Shown here: one piece after another, positions 36,901-48,893 of the stretch
How positions within the stretch are numbered: position 1 is the stretch's first letter
Layout of the letters: each line of letters starts with the position of its first letter
From: Nemertoderma westbladi
Lineage: Eukaryota > Animalia > Xenacoelomorpha
DNA length: 64,000 bases
Assembly: GCA_032718475.1 (NCBI GenBank)
Contig: JAUCBJ010005560.1
Span: forward strand, 2,861 to 66,860
Direction of reading: 5' to 3'
The notes under the pieces: generated by a model
Told to the model about the DNA's origin: nothing
The model's database searches: none
What the model saw: only the letters and a program-made list of their open reading frames with translations
Position numbers and translations under genes: made by a program

Positions 36901-39900
36901 ATCATGGGTTCGAGAACCAAATAGAACCAGGGTAGTTTCCCAGAGATCGTGGGTTCGAGAACCAATAGAACCAGGGTAGTTTCCCAGAGATCGTGGGTTC
37001 GAGAACCAAATAGAACCAGTGTAGTTTCCCAGAGATCGTGGGTTCGAGAACCAATAGAACCAGGGTAGTTTTCCAGAGATCGTGGGTTCGAGAACCAATA
37101 GAACCAGGGTAGTTTTCCAGAGATCGTGGGTTCGAGAACCAAATAGAACCAGTGTAGTTTCCCAGAGATCGTGGGTTCGAGAACCAATAGAACCAGGGTA
37201 GTTTTCCAGAGATCGTGGGTTCGAGAACCAATAGAACCAGGGTAGTTTTCCAGAGATCGTGGGTTCGAGATCCAATAGAACCAGGGTAGTTTCCCAGAGA
37301 TCGTGGGTTCGAGATCCAATAGAACCAGGGTAGTTTCCCAGAGATCGTGGGTTCGAGAACCAAATAGAACCGGGTTAGTTTCCCATAGATCGTGGGTTCG
37401 AGATCCAATAGAACCAGGGTAGTTTTCCAGAGATCGTGGGTTCGAGAACCAATAGAACCAGGGTAGTTTTCCAGAGATCGTGGGTTCGAGAACCAAATAG
37501 AACCAGGGTAGTTTCCCAGAGATCGTGGGTTCGAGAACCAAATAGAACCAGGGTAGTTTCCCAGAGATCGTGGGTTCGAGAACCAAATAGAACCAGTGTA
37601 GTTTCCCAGAGATCGTGGGTTCGAGAACCAAATAGAACCAGTGTAGTTTCCCAGAGATCGTGGGTTCGAGAACCAAATAGAACCAGGGTAGTTTCCCAGA
37701 GATCGTGGGTTCGAGAACCAAATAGAACCAGGGTAGTTTCCCAGAGATCGTGGGTACGAGAACCAATAGAACCAGTGTAGTTTCCCAGAGATCGTGGGTT
37801 CGAGAACCAATAGAACCAGTGTAGTTTCCCAGAGATCGTGGGTTCGAGAACCAATAGAACCAGTGTAGTTTCCCAGAGATCGTGGGTTCGAGAACCAAAT
37901 AGAACCAGTGTAGTTTCCCAGAGATCGTGGGTTCGAGAACCAAATAGAACCAGGGTAGTTTCCCAGAGATCGTGGGTTCGAGAACCAAATAGAACCAGGG
38001 TAGTTTCCCAGAGATCGTGGGTACGAGAACCAATAGAACCAGTGTAGTTTCCCAGAGATCGTGGGTTCGAGAACCAATAGAACCAGTGTAGTAGTTTCCC
38101 ATAGATCGTGGGTTCGAGAACCAAATAGAACCAGTGTAGTTTCCCAGAGATCGTGGGTTCGAGATCCAATAGAACCAGGGTAGTTTCCCATAGATCGTGG
38201 GTTCGAGAACCAATAGAACCAGTGTAGTTTCCCAGAGATCGTGGGTTCGAGAACCAATAGAACCAGTGTAGTAGTTTCCCATAGATCGTGGGTTCGAGAA
38301 CCAAATAGAACCAGTGTAGTTTCCCAGAGATCGTGGGTTCGAGATCCAATAGAACCAGGGTAGTTTCCCATAGATCGTGGGTTCGAGAACCAAATAGAAC
38401 CAGGGTAGTTTCCCAGAGATCGTGGGTTCGAGATCCAAATAGAACCAGGGTAGTTTCCCATAGATCGTGGGTTCGAGAACCAAATAGAACCAGTGTAGTT
38501 TCCCAGAGATCGTGGGTTCGAGAACCAATAGAACCAGTGTAGTTTCCCAGAGATCGTGGGTTCGAGAACCAAATAGAACCAGTGTAGTTTCCCAGAGATC
38601 GTGGGTTCGAGAACCAATAGAACCAGTGTAGTTTCCCAGAGATCGTGGGTTCGAGAACCAAATAGAACCAGGGTAGTTTCCCATAGATCGTGGGTTCGAG
38701 AACCAAATAGAACCAGTGTAGTTTCCCAGAGATCGTGGGTTCGAGAACCAAATAGAACCAGTGTAGTTTCCCAGAGATCGTGTGTTCGAGAACCAAATAG
38801 AACCAGTGTAGTTTCCCAGAGATCGTGGGTTCGAGAACCAATAGAACCAGTGTAGTTTCCCAGAGATCGTGGGTTCGAGATCCAATAGAACCAGTGTAGT
38901 TTCCCAGAGATCGTGGGTTCGAGAACCAAATAGAACCAGTGTAGTTTCCCAGAGATCGTGGGTTCGAGAACCAAATAGAACCAGTGTAGTTTCCCATAGA
39001 TCGTGGGTTCGAGAACCTAATAGAACCAGGGTAGTTTCCCAGAGATCGTGGGTTCGAAAACCAAATAGAACCAGTGTAGTTTCCCAGAGATCGTGGGTAC
39101 GAGAACCAAATAGAACCAGTGTAGTTTCCCAGATATCGTGGGTTCGAGAACCAATAGAACCAGTGTAGTTTCCCATAGATCGTGGGTTCGAGATCCAATA
39201 GAACCAGGGTAGTTTCCCATAGATCGTGGGTTCGAGAACCAAATAGAACCAGTGTAGTTTCCCATAGATCGTGGGTTCGAGATCCAATAGAACCAGGGTA
39301 GTTTCCCATAGATCGTGGGTTCGAGAACCAAATAGAACCAGTGTAGTTTCCCAGAGATCGTGGGTTCGAAAATCAAATAGAACCAGGGTAGTTTCCCAGA
39401 GATCGTGGGTTCGAGAAGCAAATAGAACCAGAGTAGTTTCCCAGAGATCGTGGGTTCGAGAACCAATAGAACCAGGGTAGTTTCCCAGAGATCGTGGGTT
39501 CGAGAACCAATAGAACCAGTGTAGTTTCCCAGAGATCGTGGGTTCGAAAACCAAATAGAACCAGTGTAGTTTCCCAGAGATCGTGGGTTCGAAAACCAAA
39601 TAGAACCAGTGTAGTTTCCCAGAGATCGTGGGTACGAGAACCAAATAGAACCAGTGTAGTTTCCCAGATATCGTGGGTTCGAGAACCAATAGAACCAGTG
39701 TAGTTTCCCAGAGATCGTGGGTTCGAAAACCAAATAGAACCAGTGTAGTTTCCCAGAGATCGTGGGTACGAGAACCAAATAGAACCAGTGTAGTTTCCCA
39801 GAGATCGTGGGTTCGAAAATCAAATAGAACCAGGGTAGTTTCCCAGAGATCGTGGGTTCGAGAAGCAATAGAACCAGTGTAGTTTCCCAGAGATCGTGGG

Positions 39901-41798
39901 TTCGAGAACCAATAGAACCAGGGTAGTTTCCCAGAGATCGTGGGTTCGAGAACCAAATAGAACCAGGGTAGTTTCCCAGAGATCGTGGGTTCGAGAACCA
40001 AATAGAACCAGGGTAGTTTCCCAGAGATCGTGGGTTCGAGAACCAAATAGAACCAGTGTAGTTTCCCAGAGATCGTGGGTTCGAGAACCAATAGAACCAG
40101 GGTAGTTTTCCAGAGATCGTGGGTTCGAGAACCAATAGAACCAGGGTAGTTTTCCAGAGATCGTGGGTTCGAGAACCAAATAGAACCAGGGTAGTTTCCC
40201 AGAGATCGTGGGTTCGAGAACCAAATAGAACCAGGGTAGTTTCCCAGAGATCGTGGGTTCGAGAACCAAATAGAACCAGGGTAGTTTCCCAGAGATCGTG
40301 GGTTCGAGAACCAAATAGAACCAGGGTAGTTTCCCAGAGATCGTGGGTTCGAGAACCAAATAGAACCAGTGTAGTTTCCCAGAGATCGTGGGTTCGAGAA
40401 CCAATAGAACCAGGGTAGTTTTCCAGAGATCGTGGGTTCGAGAACCAATAGAACCAGGGTAGTTTTCCAGAGATCGTGGGTTCGAGATCCAATAGAACCA
40501 GGGTAGTTTCCCAGAGATCGTGGGTTCGAGATCCAATAGAACCAGGGTAGTTTCCCAGAGATCGTGGGTTCGAGAACCAAATAGAACCGGGTTAGTTTCC
40601 CATAGATCGTGGGTTCGAGAACCAAATAGAACCAGTGTAGTTTCCCAGAGATCGTGGGTACGAGAACCAAATAGAACCAGTGTAGTTTCCCAGAGATCGT
40701 GGGTTCGAGAACCAATAGAACCAGGGTAGTTTCCCAGAGATCGTGGGTTCGAGAACCAAATAGAACCAGGGTAGTTTCCCAGAGATCGTGGGTTCGAGAA
40801 CCAAATAGAACCAGTGTAGTTTCCCAGAGATCGTGGGTACGAGAACCAAATAGAACCAGTGTAGTTTCCCATAGATCGTGGGTTCGAGAACCAAATAGAA
40901 CCAGTTTAGTTTCCCAGAGATCGTGGGTACGAGATCCAATAGAACCAGGGTAGTTTCCCAGAGATCGTGGGTTCGAGAACCAAATAGAACCAGGGTAGTT
41001 TCCCATAGATCGTGGGTTCGAGATCCAATAGAACCAGGGTAGTTTCCCATAGATCGTGGGTTCGAGAACCAAATAGAACCAGGGTAGTTTCCCAGAGATC
41101 GTGGGTTCGATATCCAATAGAACCAGGGTAGTTTCCCAGAGATCGTGGGTTCGAGATCCAATAGAACCAGGGTAGTTTTCCAGAGATCGTGGGTTCGAGA
41201 ACCAATAGAACCAGGGTAGTTTCCCATAGATCGTGGGTTCGAGATCCAATAGAACCAGGGTAGTTTTCCAGAGATCGTGGGTTCGAGATCCAATAGAACC
41301 AGGGTAGTTTCCCAGAGATCGTGTGTTCGAGAACCAAATAGAACCAGTGTAGTTTCCCAGAGATCGTGGGTTCGAGAACCAAATAGAACCAGTGTAGTTT
41401 CCCAGAGATCGTGGGTTCGAGAACCAAATAGAACCAGTGTAGTTTCCCAGAGATCGTGGGTTCGAGAACCAAATAGAACCAGTGTAGTTTCCCAGAGATC
41501 GTGGGTTCGAGAACCAAATAGAACCAGTGAGTTTCCCAGAGATCGTGGGTTCGAGAACCAATAGAACCAGGGTAGTTTCCCAGAGATCGTGGGTTCGAGA
41601 ACCAAATAGAACCAGGGTAGTTTCCCAGAGATCGTGGGTTCGAGAACCAAATAGAACCAGTGTAGTTTCCCAGAGATCGTGGGTTCGAGATCCAATAGAA
41701 CCAGGGTAGTTTCCCAGAGATCGTGGGTTCGAGAACCAATAGAACCAGGGTAGTTTCCCAGAGATCGTGGGTTCGAGATCATATAGAACCAGTGTAGT
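30951..41798 (+). repeat. 44/45-bp tandem satellite, roughly 240 copies, SINE-derived
   Basis: Unit aatagaaccag(g/t)gtagtttcccagagatcgtgggttcgaga(a/t)cc(a). It includes larger block duplications, for example a 1295-bp offset between 31532 and 32827. Confidence 0.98.
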
Positions 41799-41810
41799 TG
41801 TCGTTTCGGA

Positions 41811-42833
41811 CCGTACTCTACTAACTTATATCGTATATAATCTACACCGTACTCTACTTATATCGTATATAATCTACACCGTACTCTACTTATATCGTAT
41901 ATAATCTACACCGTACTCTACTTATATCGTATATAATCTACACCGTACTCTACTTATATCGTATATAATCTACACCGTACTCTACTTATATCGTATATAA
42001 TCTACACCGTACTCTACTTATATCGTATATAATCTACACCGTACTCTACTTATATCGTATATAATCTACACCGTACTCTACTTATATCGTATATAATCTA
42101 CACCGTACTCTACTTATATCGTATATAATCTACACCGTACTCTACTTATATCGTATATAATCTACACCGTACTCTACTAACTTATATCGTATATAATCTA
42201 CACCGTACTCTACTTATATCGTATATAATCTACACCGTACTCTACTTATATCGTATATAATCTACACCGTACTCTACTTATATCGTATATAATCTACACC
42301 GTACTCTACTAACTTATATCGTATATAATCTACACCGTACTCTACTTATATCGTATATAATCTACACCGTACTCTACTTATATCGTATATAATCTACATA
42401 TATATGTATATCGTATATAATCTACACCGTACTCTACTTATATCGTATATAATCTACACCGTACTCTACTTATATCGTATATAATCTACACCGTACTCTA
42501 CTTATATCGTATATAATCTACACCGTACTCTACTTATATCGTATATAATCTACACCGTACTCTATACTTATATCGTATATAATCTACACCGTACTCTACT
42601 TATATCGTATATAATCTACACCGTACTCTACTTATATCGTATATAATCTACACCGTACTCTACTTATATCGTATATAATCTACACCGTACTCTACTTATA
42701 TCGTATATAATCTACACCGTACTCTACTTATATCGTATATAATCTACACCGTACTCTACTTATATCGTATATAATCTACACCGTACTCTACTTATATCGT
42801 ATATAATCTACACCGTACTCTATAACTTATATC
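41811..42833. repeat. 32-bp minisatellite, about 32 copies
   Basis: Unit ccgtactctacttatatcgtatataatctaca. Confidence 0.95.
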
Positions 42834-42891
42834 CGCTCTGCAATTTACTTTTTCTGCAGTTCACTATTTTTTTTCCGATTTATTATTGTAG

Positions 42892-43038
42892 GTATCAGAG
42901 AAACAAGGTAACTTATCAAAATTACAGTGTCGATTCAATGAATTAGAATCAAAGAATAATGGGATGAACGTGATACTCCAGAGAAGAGAAAGTGAAAACT
43001 GCGAACTACGGAAACGTACAACAGAACTAATTGAACAG
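42892..43038 (+). CDS. Host exon 8 (147 nt): VSEKQGNLSK...TELIEQ
   Basis: ttattgtag| acceptor, CAG|gttact donor, open frame. Confidence 0.8.
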
Positions 43039-44163
43039 GTTACTATAATTATTAGTCGTGACCATAGAACCAGAACAACACATTTTACATTTTACGATTT
43101 TACAAAATGATGAAAGATGGCGTTAACATCCTAAAGCCGCATATTGGTCTATTTAGAAGATATTGAAGGTTAAAGAAGAACTAGAACAACAACAAACAAC
43201 GTTAAAGTTGTAAAATGTCCGAGGTAAAAACAACCGACACCGCACACACTCAAATCATGGAAATGGGGTTGTTATACTTCTGTGACTAAATTCCGGAGGC
43301 AAAACAACCAACACAGCTAATGAATAGTAAATGTTAATTTTTATATCTGTTGTTTTGCCTCTCCGAATTAATGTTAACCAAAATAACCAGTTTTAATCTT
43401 TGAAAAGTTATATTCTGATAGCAAGCAAAAAATTAGGAGACTAATGATACGAAACTATTCTAACAAATCGAGGTTTCTTAATTCTTTTTGCAAAAAATTA
43501 GGAGACGGTATCCACAATTAGGCAGTTTGCGTTTTAATCGAAACGATACTTTTTGGTATGTGTTGTTATGGCTATATGTTCACGAGATTGTTATAAGTTA
43601 TATTAGAAATACCGAGGCCAAACCTTTGAGTGTTTGATATTTACTCTATTTAATGTTGTGCCGGTATCCTAAAAAAGGAATAACATCAAAACTACACTAC
43701 AACAATTAATTATTGTATTTGAAATCGTAAGTTTTCTTGTCTTGTTTCAATTTATCCATGAATGTTGGCCAACCAACTGGTTTCACCGCAGTTGTATTAT
43801 TTTTTGAAATTGAAATTGAAACCGTAAATCTGAAATCGTTCAAGAATTACCCTATATAAATTTTGTTAATATAATTTAAAACTGATGTTTTATTAACTTT
43901 AGTAAATTGCCATCGTTTCCTTATGTCATAAAATACTTTTGTTTAATTGGTTGTATATATATAGATATTATTATTGTATAGCATCACCCCTCCTTCCACC
44001 ACATATTTTCTACCATCTAAAAAGATTTTCATGTTTTCAGAGTGAAAAGTGGCACTTATACTGTACAATGCACGTGTACATTTTTTTTATTACAATAAGT
44101 ACCAGTACCAGTACCAACTCCTTTCGTTTTAACATAAAATATCATTCGTATGAGATTTCGTGA

Positions 44164-45240
44164 TTATTCTTGCTTTTCTCCAGGAGTTTGTTTTGGCGAA
44201 CAAATATCCTTTGTTAATTTCCGTATGTTGTCTGGCAGACTATCCAACAAGCTGGACTCATCCTCTATGGTGATTGTCGATAGAAACGACGGCGATATTG
44301 TCTTCCTAACGGAACAAAATTGTACTGGAGGCGACGGCCTTGGATTGCGAGACAGAAGATTGGCGCATCTGTTGGTTGTCCGAGGACTAATGTCATCGCC
44401 GGTGGTTGTCAAGTATATTTCGCCGGGAGTAACTGCCGCATTGCATTGCTTGTTGGGACTACATCGAACACCCAGAGACTTATTCTTTGAATAAGCTGTC
44501 GATGTACGGGAATTTTGTTTCTCTAATTGTTTACGTTGCCGTTCGGGAGTTGTTGATCCTTCATGAGCGAATAGATGCGACAGAGAAATCCAACTCAACC
44601 AACCTTTTTTCCCAGACGCATTGCAGTCAGCAGGTTCGTCGTATGATTTTGGAGAGTCTTGACTTTTGTAAACCTCTAGAGAAGAAACTCTCTGACACAG
44701 TTTATCTTCCTGTCTCGGTGTGAATGGTTTATTACAATGATATTCCGGTGTTTTAATTCGTTTATTAACGGTGGCGTGGGCGTCACCATGTGGTGAACCG
44801 GCTGATGTTTTCCGTTTTAGTGGCGATTCCGTCTTGGCTTTCCTAATCCTATCCTCCTGCGGTAAATGGGGCGGCTTTGAGGATGCGAAAACATATTTTC
44901 GCTTGGACTTTCCCAATGATTCTTTTATGACAGCCTTGACTTTTGATGATTGTTGATAACCGTGTTGTCGAACCAAATCTAGGGACCCAATATTAGCTTC
45001 GTCAGCGTTCGTTGGGACGTTGATGTACTTGCTGCTTTCGCTACTGAAGGTCGGTTCCCAACCATCTTCATTTGATTTTGCTAAATTAACCTCATTTTCA
45101 TATTTCCGGGATCTGTGCGTGTCAGGTATTTCTCTCACCTCTGGCATTAACATCTTCGAGATTTCGTCGCGGTCATTCTGTATTTTTAACGTCGGAAGAT
45201 GCTTTTGATGTATCGGCCAAGTCTTTCGACCAGGTTCCAT
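44164..45240 (-). CDS. Unknown 358-aa S/P/K-rich, probably disordered protein, single ORF; nested in host intron 8
   Basis: 1077-nt non-repetitive ORF with an A-rich ATG context, GC-richer than its flanks; no recognisable domain. Confidence 0.6.
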   Translation of the reverse strand: MEPGRKTWPIHQKHLPTLKIQNDRDEISKMLMPEVREIPDTHRSRKYENEVNLAKSNEDGWEPTFSSESSKYINVPTNADEANIGSLDLVRQHGYQQSSKVKAVIKESLGKSKRKYVFASSKPPHLPQEDRIRKAKTESPLKRKTSAGSPHGDAHATVNKRIKTPEYHCNKPFTPRQEDKLCQRVSSLEVYKSQDSPKSYDEPADCNASGKKGWLSWISLSHLFAHEGSTTPERQRKQLEKQNSRTSTAYSKNKSLGVRCSPNKQCNAAVTPGEIYLTTTGDDISPRTTNRCANLLSRNPRPSPPVQFCSVRKTISPSFLSTITIEDESSLLDSLPDNIRKLTKDICSPKQTPGEKQE

Positions 45241-45867
45241 TTTTTATTGTTTTTATTACTTACGTACTTACCACATAACTAACTACAATAATACACAGTT
45301 TATTCTAGAATACAGTTCACATTGGACGTTTCTACAACGACCAAAATAATCACAGACGCGGGTACTTTTCGCAACACAGGAACCATATCAAAGATATTAT
45401 AGGATTGTTGCTTATAATTAAATTTCCCCAATAAGGGCTGAATCAGTTGTAGCTGTATTAATGAAAATGAAAGTAAATGTATTCAATTCACGTGCTGGAT
45501 CCAACTTGTGTCTTACAATTACAATTCTTTACAACAAATATTATCGCATGCGATTGGAATTTATCTGGCATCAGTATTTTGTATGTTGTGATTATTATTT
45601 TTGCCTTCAGTTGTTTTATTCGAGATTTTGGTTTTTGAAATCCGCGATGGCATTGGCAGTATAATGCACATGCGATGACTTTGTGACACCAATTGTCATA
45701 AATCTAAACAATGAATGGTTAGGTACAAATTTGGAATACAAATGTACGTAATTGCAATTAAATAGAGCTAATGCTCTCTAACCTTATGACAGGCATTACT
45801 GTTCACCATTATTAATTTTTACTATAAGCGGCTCAATATTAACAATTAATACGCTATGTTATTATAG

Positions 45868-46020
45868 GTGGAGCTGTTAAGTAAAAGTTTGAAGGAAAGC
45901 AAAGATGACGCTAGTAATGAGATGGCTATTATATTTGGGGAGACGGAGGTTAAAGAAAAAGAAATACTGGGACTAAAAGAAACAGTTGCCGAACTAAATA
46001 ACAAGTATAAAACTGTCCAG
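45868..46020 (+). CDS. Host exon 9 (153 nt): VELLSKSLKE...KYKTVQ
   Basis: ttattatag| acceptor, CAG|gtgagt donor. Confidence 0.85.
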
Positions 46021-46686
46021 GTGAGTCATCCTGTTAGATAGCTCAACATTGTGCATTACATAATTTAATTAAAAAATTAAAGCATACCGTTGTCGTTATA
46101 TGGCGGATTTGAAACGATTTGTCGGCAAAATTCGCGAAAATTATGATCCAACAGTTTGTATTACTTAAGATATTTGTGAACAATTCTGTACTAAAGACAG
46201 TTAACCGATTTAACTACAAAATAATAATCATTGAACTTTTATTCCATTGAACAGGAACAATTGGTTTCGAGAGAAGAATCTTTGCATCGAATTCATTTGA
46301 GGGAATTAGAGGCCGAAGATGATGTGGCAAGACGGGAGAAAGCGATACAGGAATTGGAATTGCGATTACTTGGAACACAGGTAAACTAATTAACTCCATT
46401 TTGGTATGTTATTATTTTTACTATACGGTAGAAATCTCGAGACGTGCTGTATAGAGCACCTTCCGCCCCAATAAGTATAATAATGTTTTATTGAGTTAGT
46501 CTTAATTGAGATAATCTTATGATATTGTCATGGATCGTTAGATTTAGTTACATTATTCATACGGTCCTTCAATGTCCTTCTTTAGTTTGGGATATTGGGA
46601 ACTCATTTGGTATTGGTCCTATTTGCCCGAAGTTATGCAGTGAGGAATAAATAATCAAATAATATCATATATCTTATTGGGTTTAG

Positions 46687-46857
46687 GAAGAACATAGGCT
46701 TGCCAGGGATTCAGCAATGCGTAGGGAAGGAACCGTGCAACAACTAGAGGAAGACCTTCTAAACGCCAAGAGGAAACATCACGAGACATTGGAGGAGTTA
46801 AATCGATTCCAGTGTGAATTACAAACTGTTACCATGACTAGTCAAGCTCAATATCAG
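46687..46857 (+). CDS. Host exon 10 (171 nt): EEHRLARDSA...SQAQYQ
   Basis: gtttag| acceptor, CAG|gtaggc donor. Confidence 0.8.
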
Positions 46858-47178
46858 GTAGGCGCTAAACAGCATTTATGTATAAAATCTATAATGTTTT
46901 GTACTAATTTGCCAGCGTGCAACACGACTGACACCCACATAGTGGGTGTCGCAGTAGGTTTGTAATGGCTAAAGGACTGACTTATCTGTGCCAGGTTAAT
47001 CTTGTATAGTTGGTGAACCTTACATATCCACCAGGTTTGGGGTGGCGACTCTTCATACTCCTCACCCAACTTACAATTACAATTAGTTGTAGAAAAGTTT
47101 AACTGTTTAGCTATATTCTCACACCTAACATCCCCGTTGATTCTAAAAGCTTTATGGAAATAATATTTTTAAATTCAG

Positions 47179-47277
47179 ATCCTTCAAAAAGATAATTCCG
47201 CTAAAGAGGACCAAATATCTTCTCTGGAGACCGAATTGAGGGTACTTAAAGATGAAAGTAGTGCATTCCAATCCAAG
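47179..47277 (+). CDS. Host exon 11 (99 nt): ILQKDNSAKE...SAFQSK
   Basis: tttttaaattcag| acceptor, AAG|gttagc donor. Confidence 0.8.
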
Positions 47278-47399
47278 GTTAGCTCAATGAATAATTTATA
47301 GAAATTATTGGGCAAATACACTTATAATTATAGTTTAACTACACCTTTAATCAAGGTAATATAGTTTAGAGCACAATAATTATGAATAAACTATTATAA

Positions 47400-48893
47400 T
47401 TAATAATACAAACCGCCACCAGAATATTAAATTTAAATTTAAAGGAGCGTAGTGCAAAGTAAAGGTTCCGAGTTTTATTTAGAGGCTAGTTCGGTCAGAG
47501 TCGGTGCAGATGCACAGTGCAAAGCGTGGTAGCGATCACAACAGTTGCCATGGCAATAGAGGCAGATACAGTCTGTTGAAAGTGAGTGGAAAGGCCGGTT
47601 TGTTTGGCAAATTTTGTGGTGAAAACCGTGAGATGTAAATCTTGTTAATACGTGACGATTGCGCTGTTTAGATAGTTTCCAGGTAGAAGAAGCAAAAGCA
47701 GGGCCATTTGAGTAATTTTCTTGGATAAAGTTGAGTTCACGGTTGTGGCGGTAATGATTGTATTGCGTAATAACTTCATTGTTAAATATCAGAGGTGTTT
47801 TCGTAATTATGTCTTCGATAAAAGATTGTTCATCAACGAGATGATAAGCTAGAGTCGATGAAGCCGTGATATGAAGGCCGAGCAACCGTTTAATGTAAGT
47901 TGATTTGATGCGGTCCAGATCTTTCAGGTTTGCTAGGGTTAGGAAGCGGGCGAAGACAGGAAGGGCATAGAGAGCCATAGGGGCAATTTTCATCCTGAAA
48001 AGTTTTAATCCAGTGTCAACAGATAAAAGCCTGAGGTTGTTAAGAGAGCCCGTAATACTATACGATTTTTTCTTTTTTGAGGTAATATGTTTCGTGAAAC
48101 TTAGCGAGGACTGTAGTGTAACACCCAGGTAGTCGTATTCATTACATATTGTTATGTCGTTGCCGCCATATATAAATTTGTCTGCAGCGGCCAAACGTCC
48201 TGCCTTTCTAAATTTTACAATTTTAGTTTTCACTAAGTTGACGTCCATTCCATTTTTGAGACACCATGATTGAAGTACGTCCAAGCCATTTTGAATAGTC
48301 TGTCTGTCCGGGGCGTATAGTACGAGGTCGTCGGCGTAAAACAGGAACTTTAGGAAAGATACCGTCTGTCGGAAAGCCCACGCCAAGTCGGATATAAATA
48401 CAATAAAACATAGCGGGGAAAAACAGTCTCCCTGTAAAACTCCACGGAACTGCGCAATAATATCTGAGAGATTTAGACCGTCGAATATTCTAATATTGTT
48501 TTGGAGTAGATTTTTAATTAAATCGAATAATTTTCCCTTTATTCCAAATTTGTACAACTTTGATAAAAGAATTGCACGGTTCACTTTATCGAAGGCTTTC
48601 TGAAAATCTACAAATGCTGCATACATTTTTCGATCTGATTTATTTGCCGATTGTAAGGCAGAGTAAATGTCGTTTATCAGTATACGTAGGGCATCGGCCG
48701 TAGACTTATTAGGCATAAAACCATATTGTTCCGACGGAATTTTGTGTGCTATGTACCATCGAACACGAGTGTTTATTATAGATGTGAGAGTTTTAATAAA
48801 TACAGATAACAATGCAATTCCCCTGTAGTTATCTGGTTTTGTAATTAGTCCTTTGCCTTTGTATAGGAGAAGGATTATGCATTCCTTCCAGCA
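47400..48893 (-). mobile_element. 5'-truncated non-LTR retrotransposon (LINE), RT plus C-terminal Cys/His region; ORF 47475-48812 still open
   Basis: KGKG..PDNYRGIAL, QYGF, FVDFQKAFD, GVLQGDCFSP, FYADD, YLGV, CLYC...HALHC; no endonuclease domain present. Confidence 0.9.

Noticed and set aside
30881-41782. Very long minus-strand ORFs (up to 2109 aa) and many short plus-strand ORFs
   Set aside because: They are translations of the 44/45-bp satellite, whose minus strand happens to lack stops in all three frames. The frames swap at every 44-bp unit, and the unit derives from a SINE.
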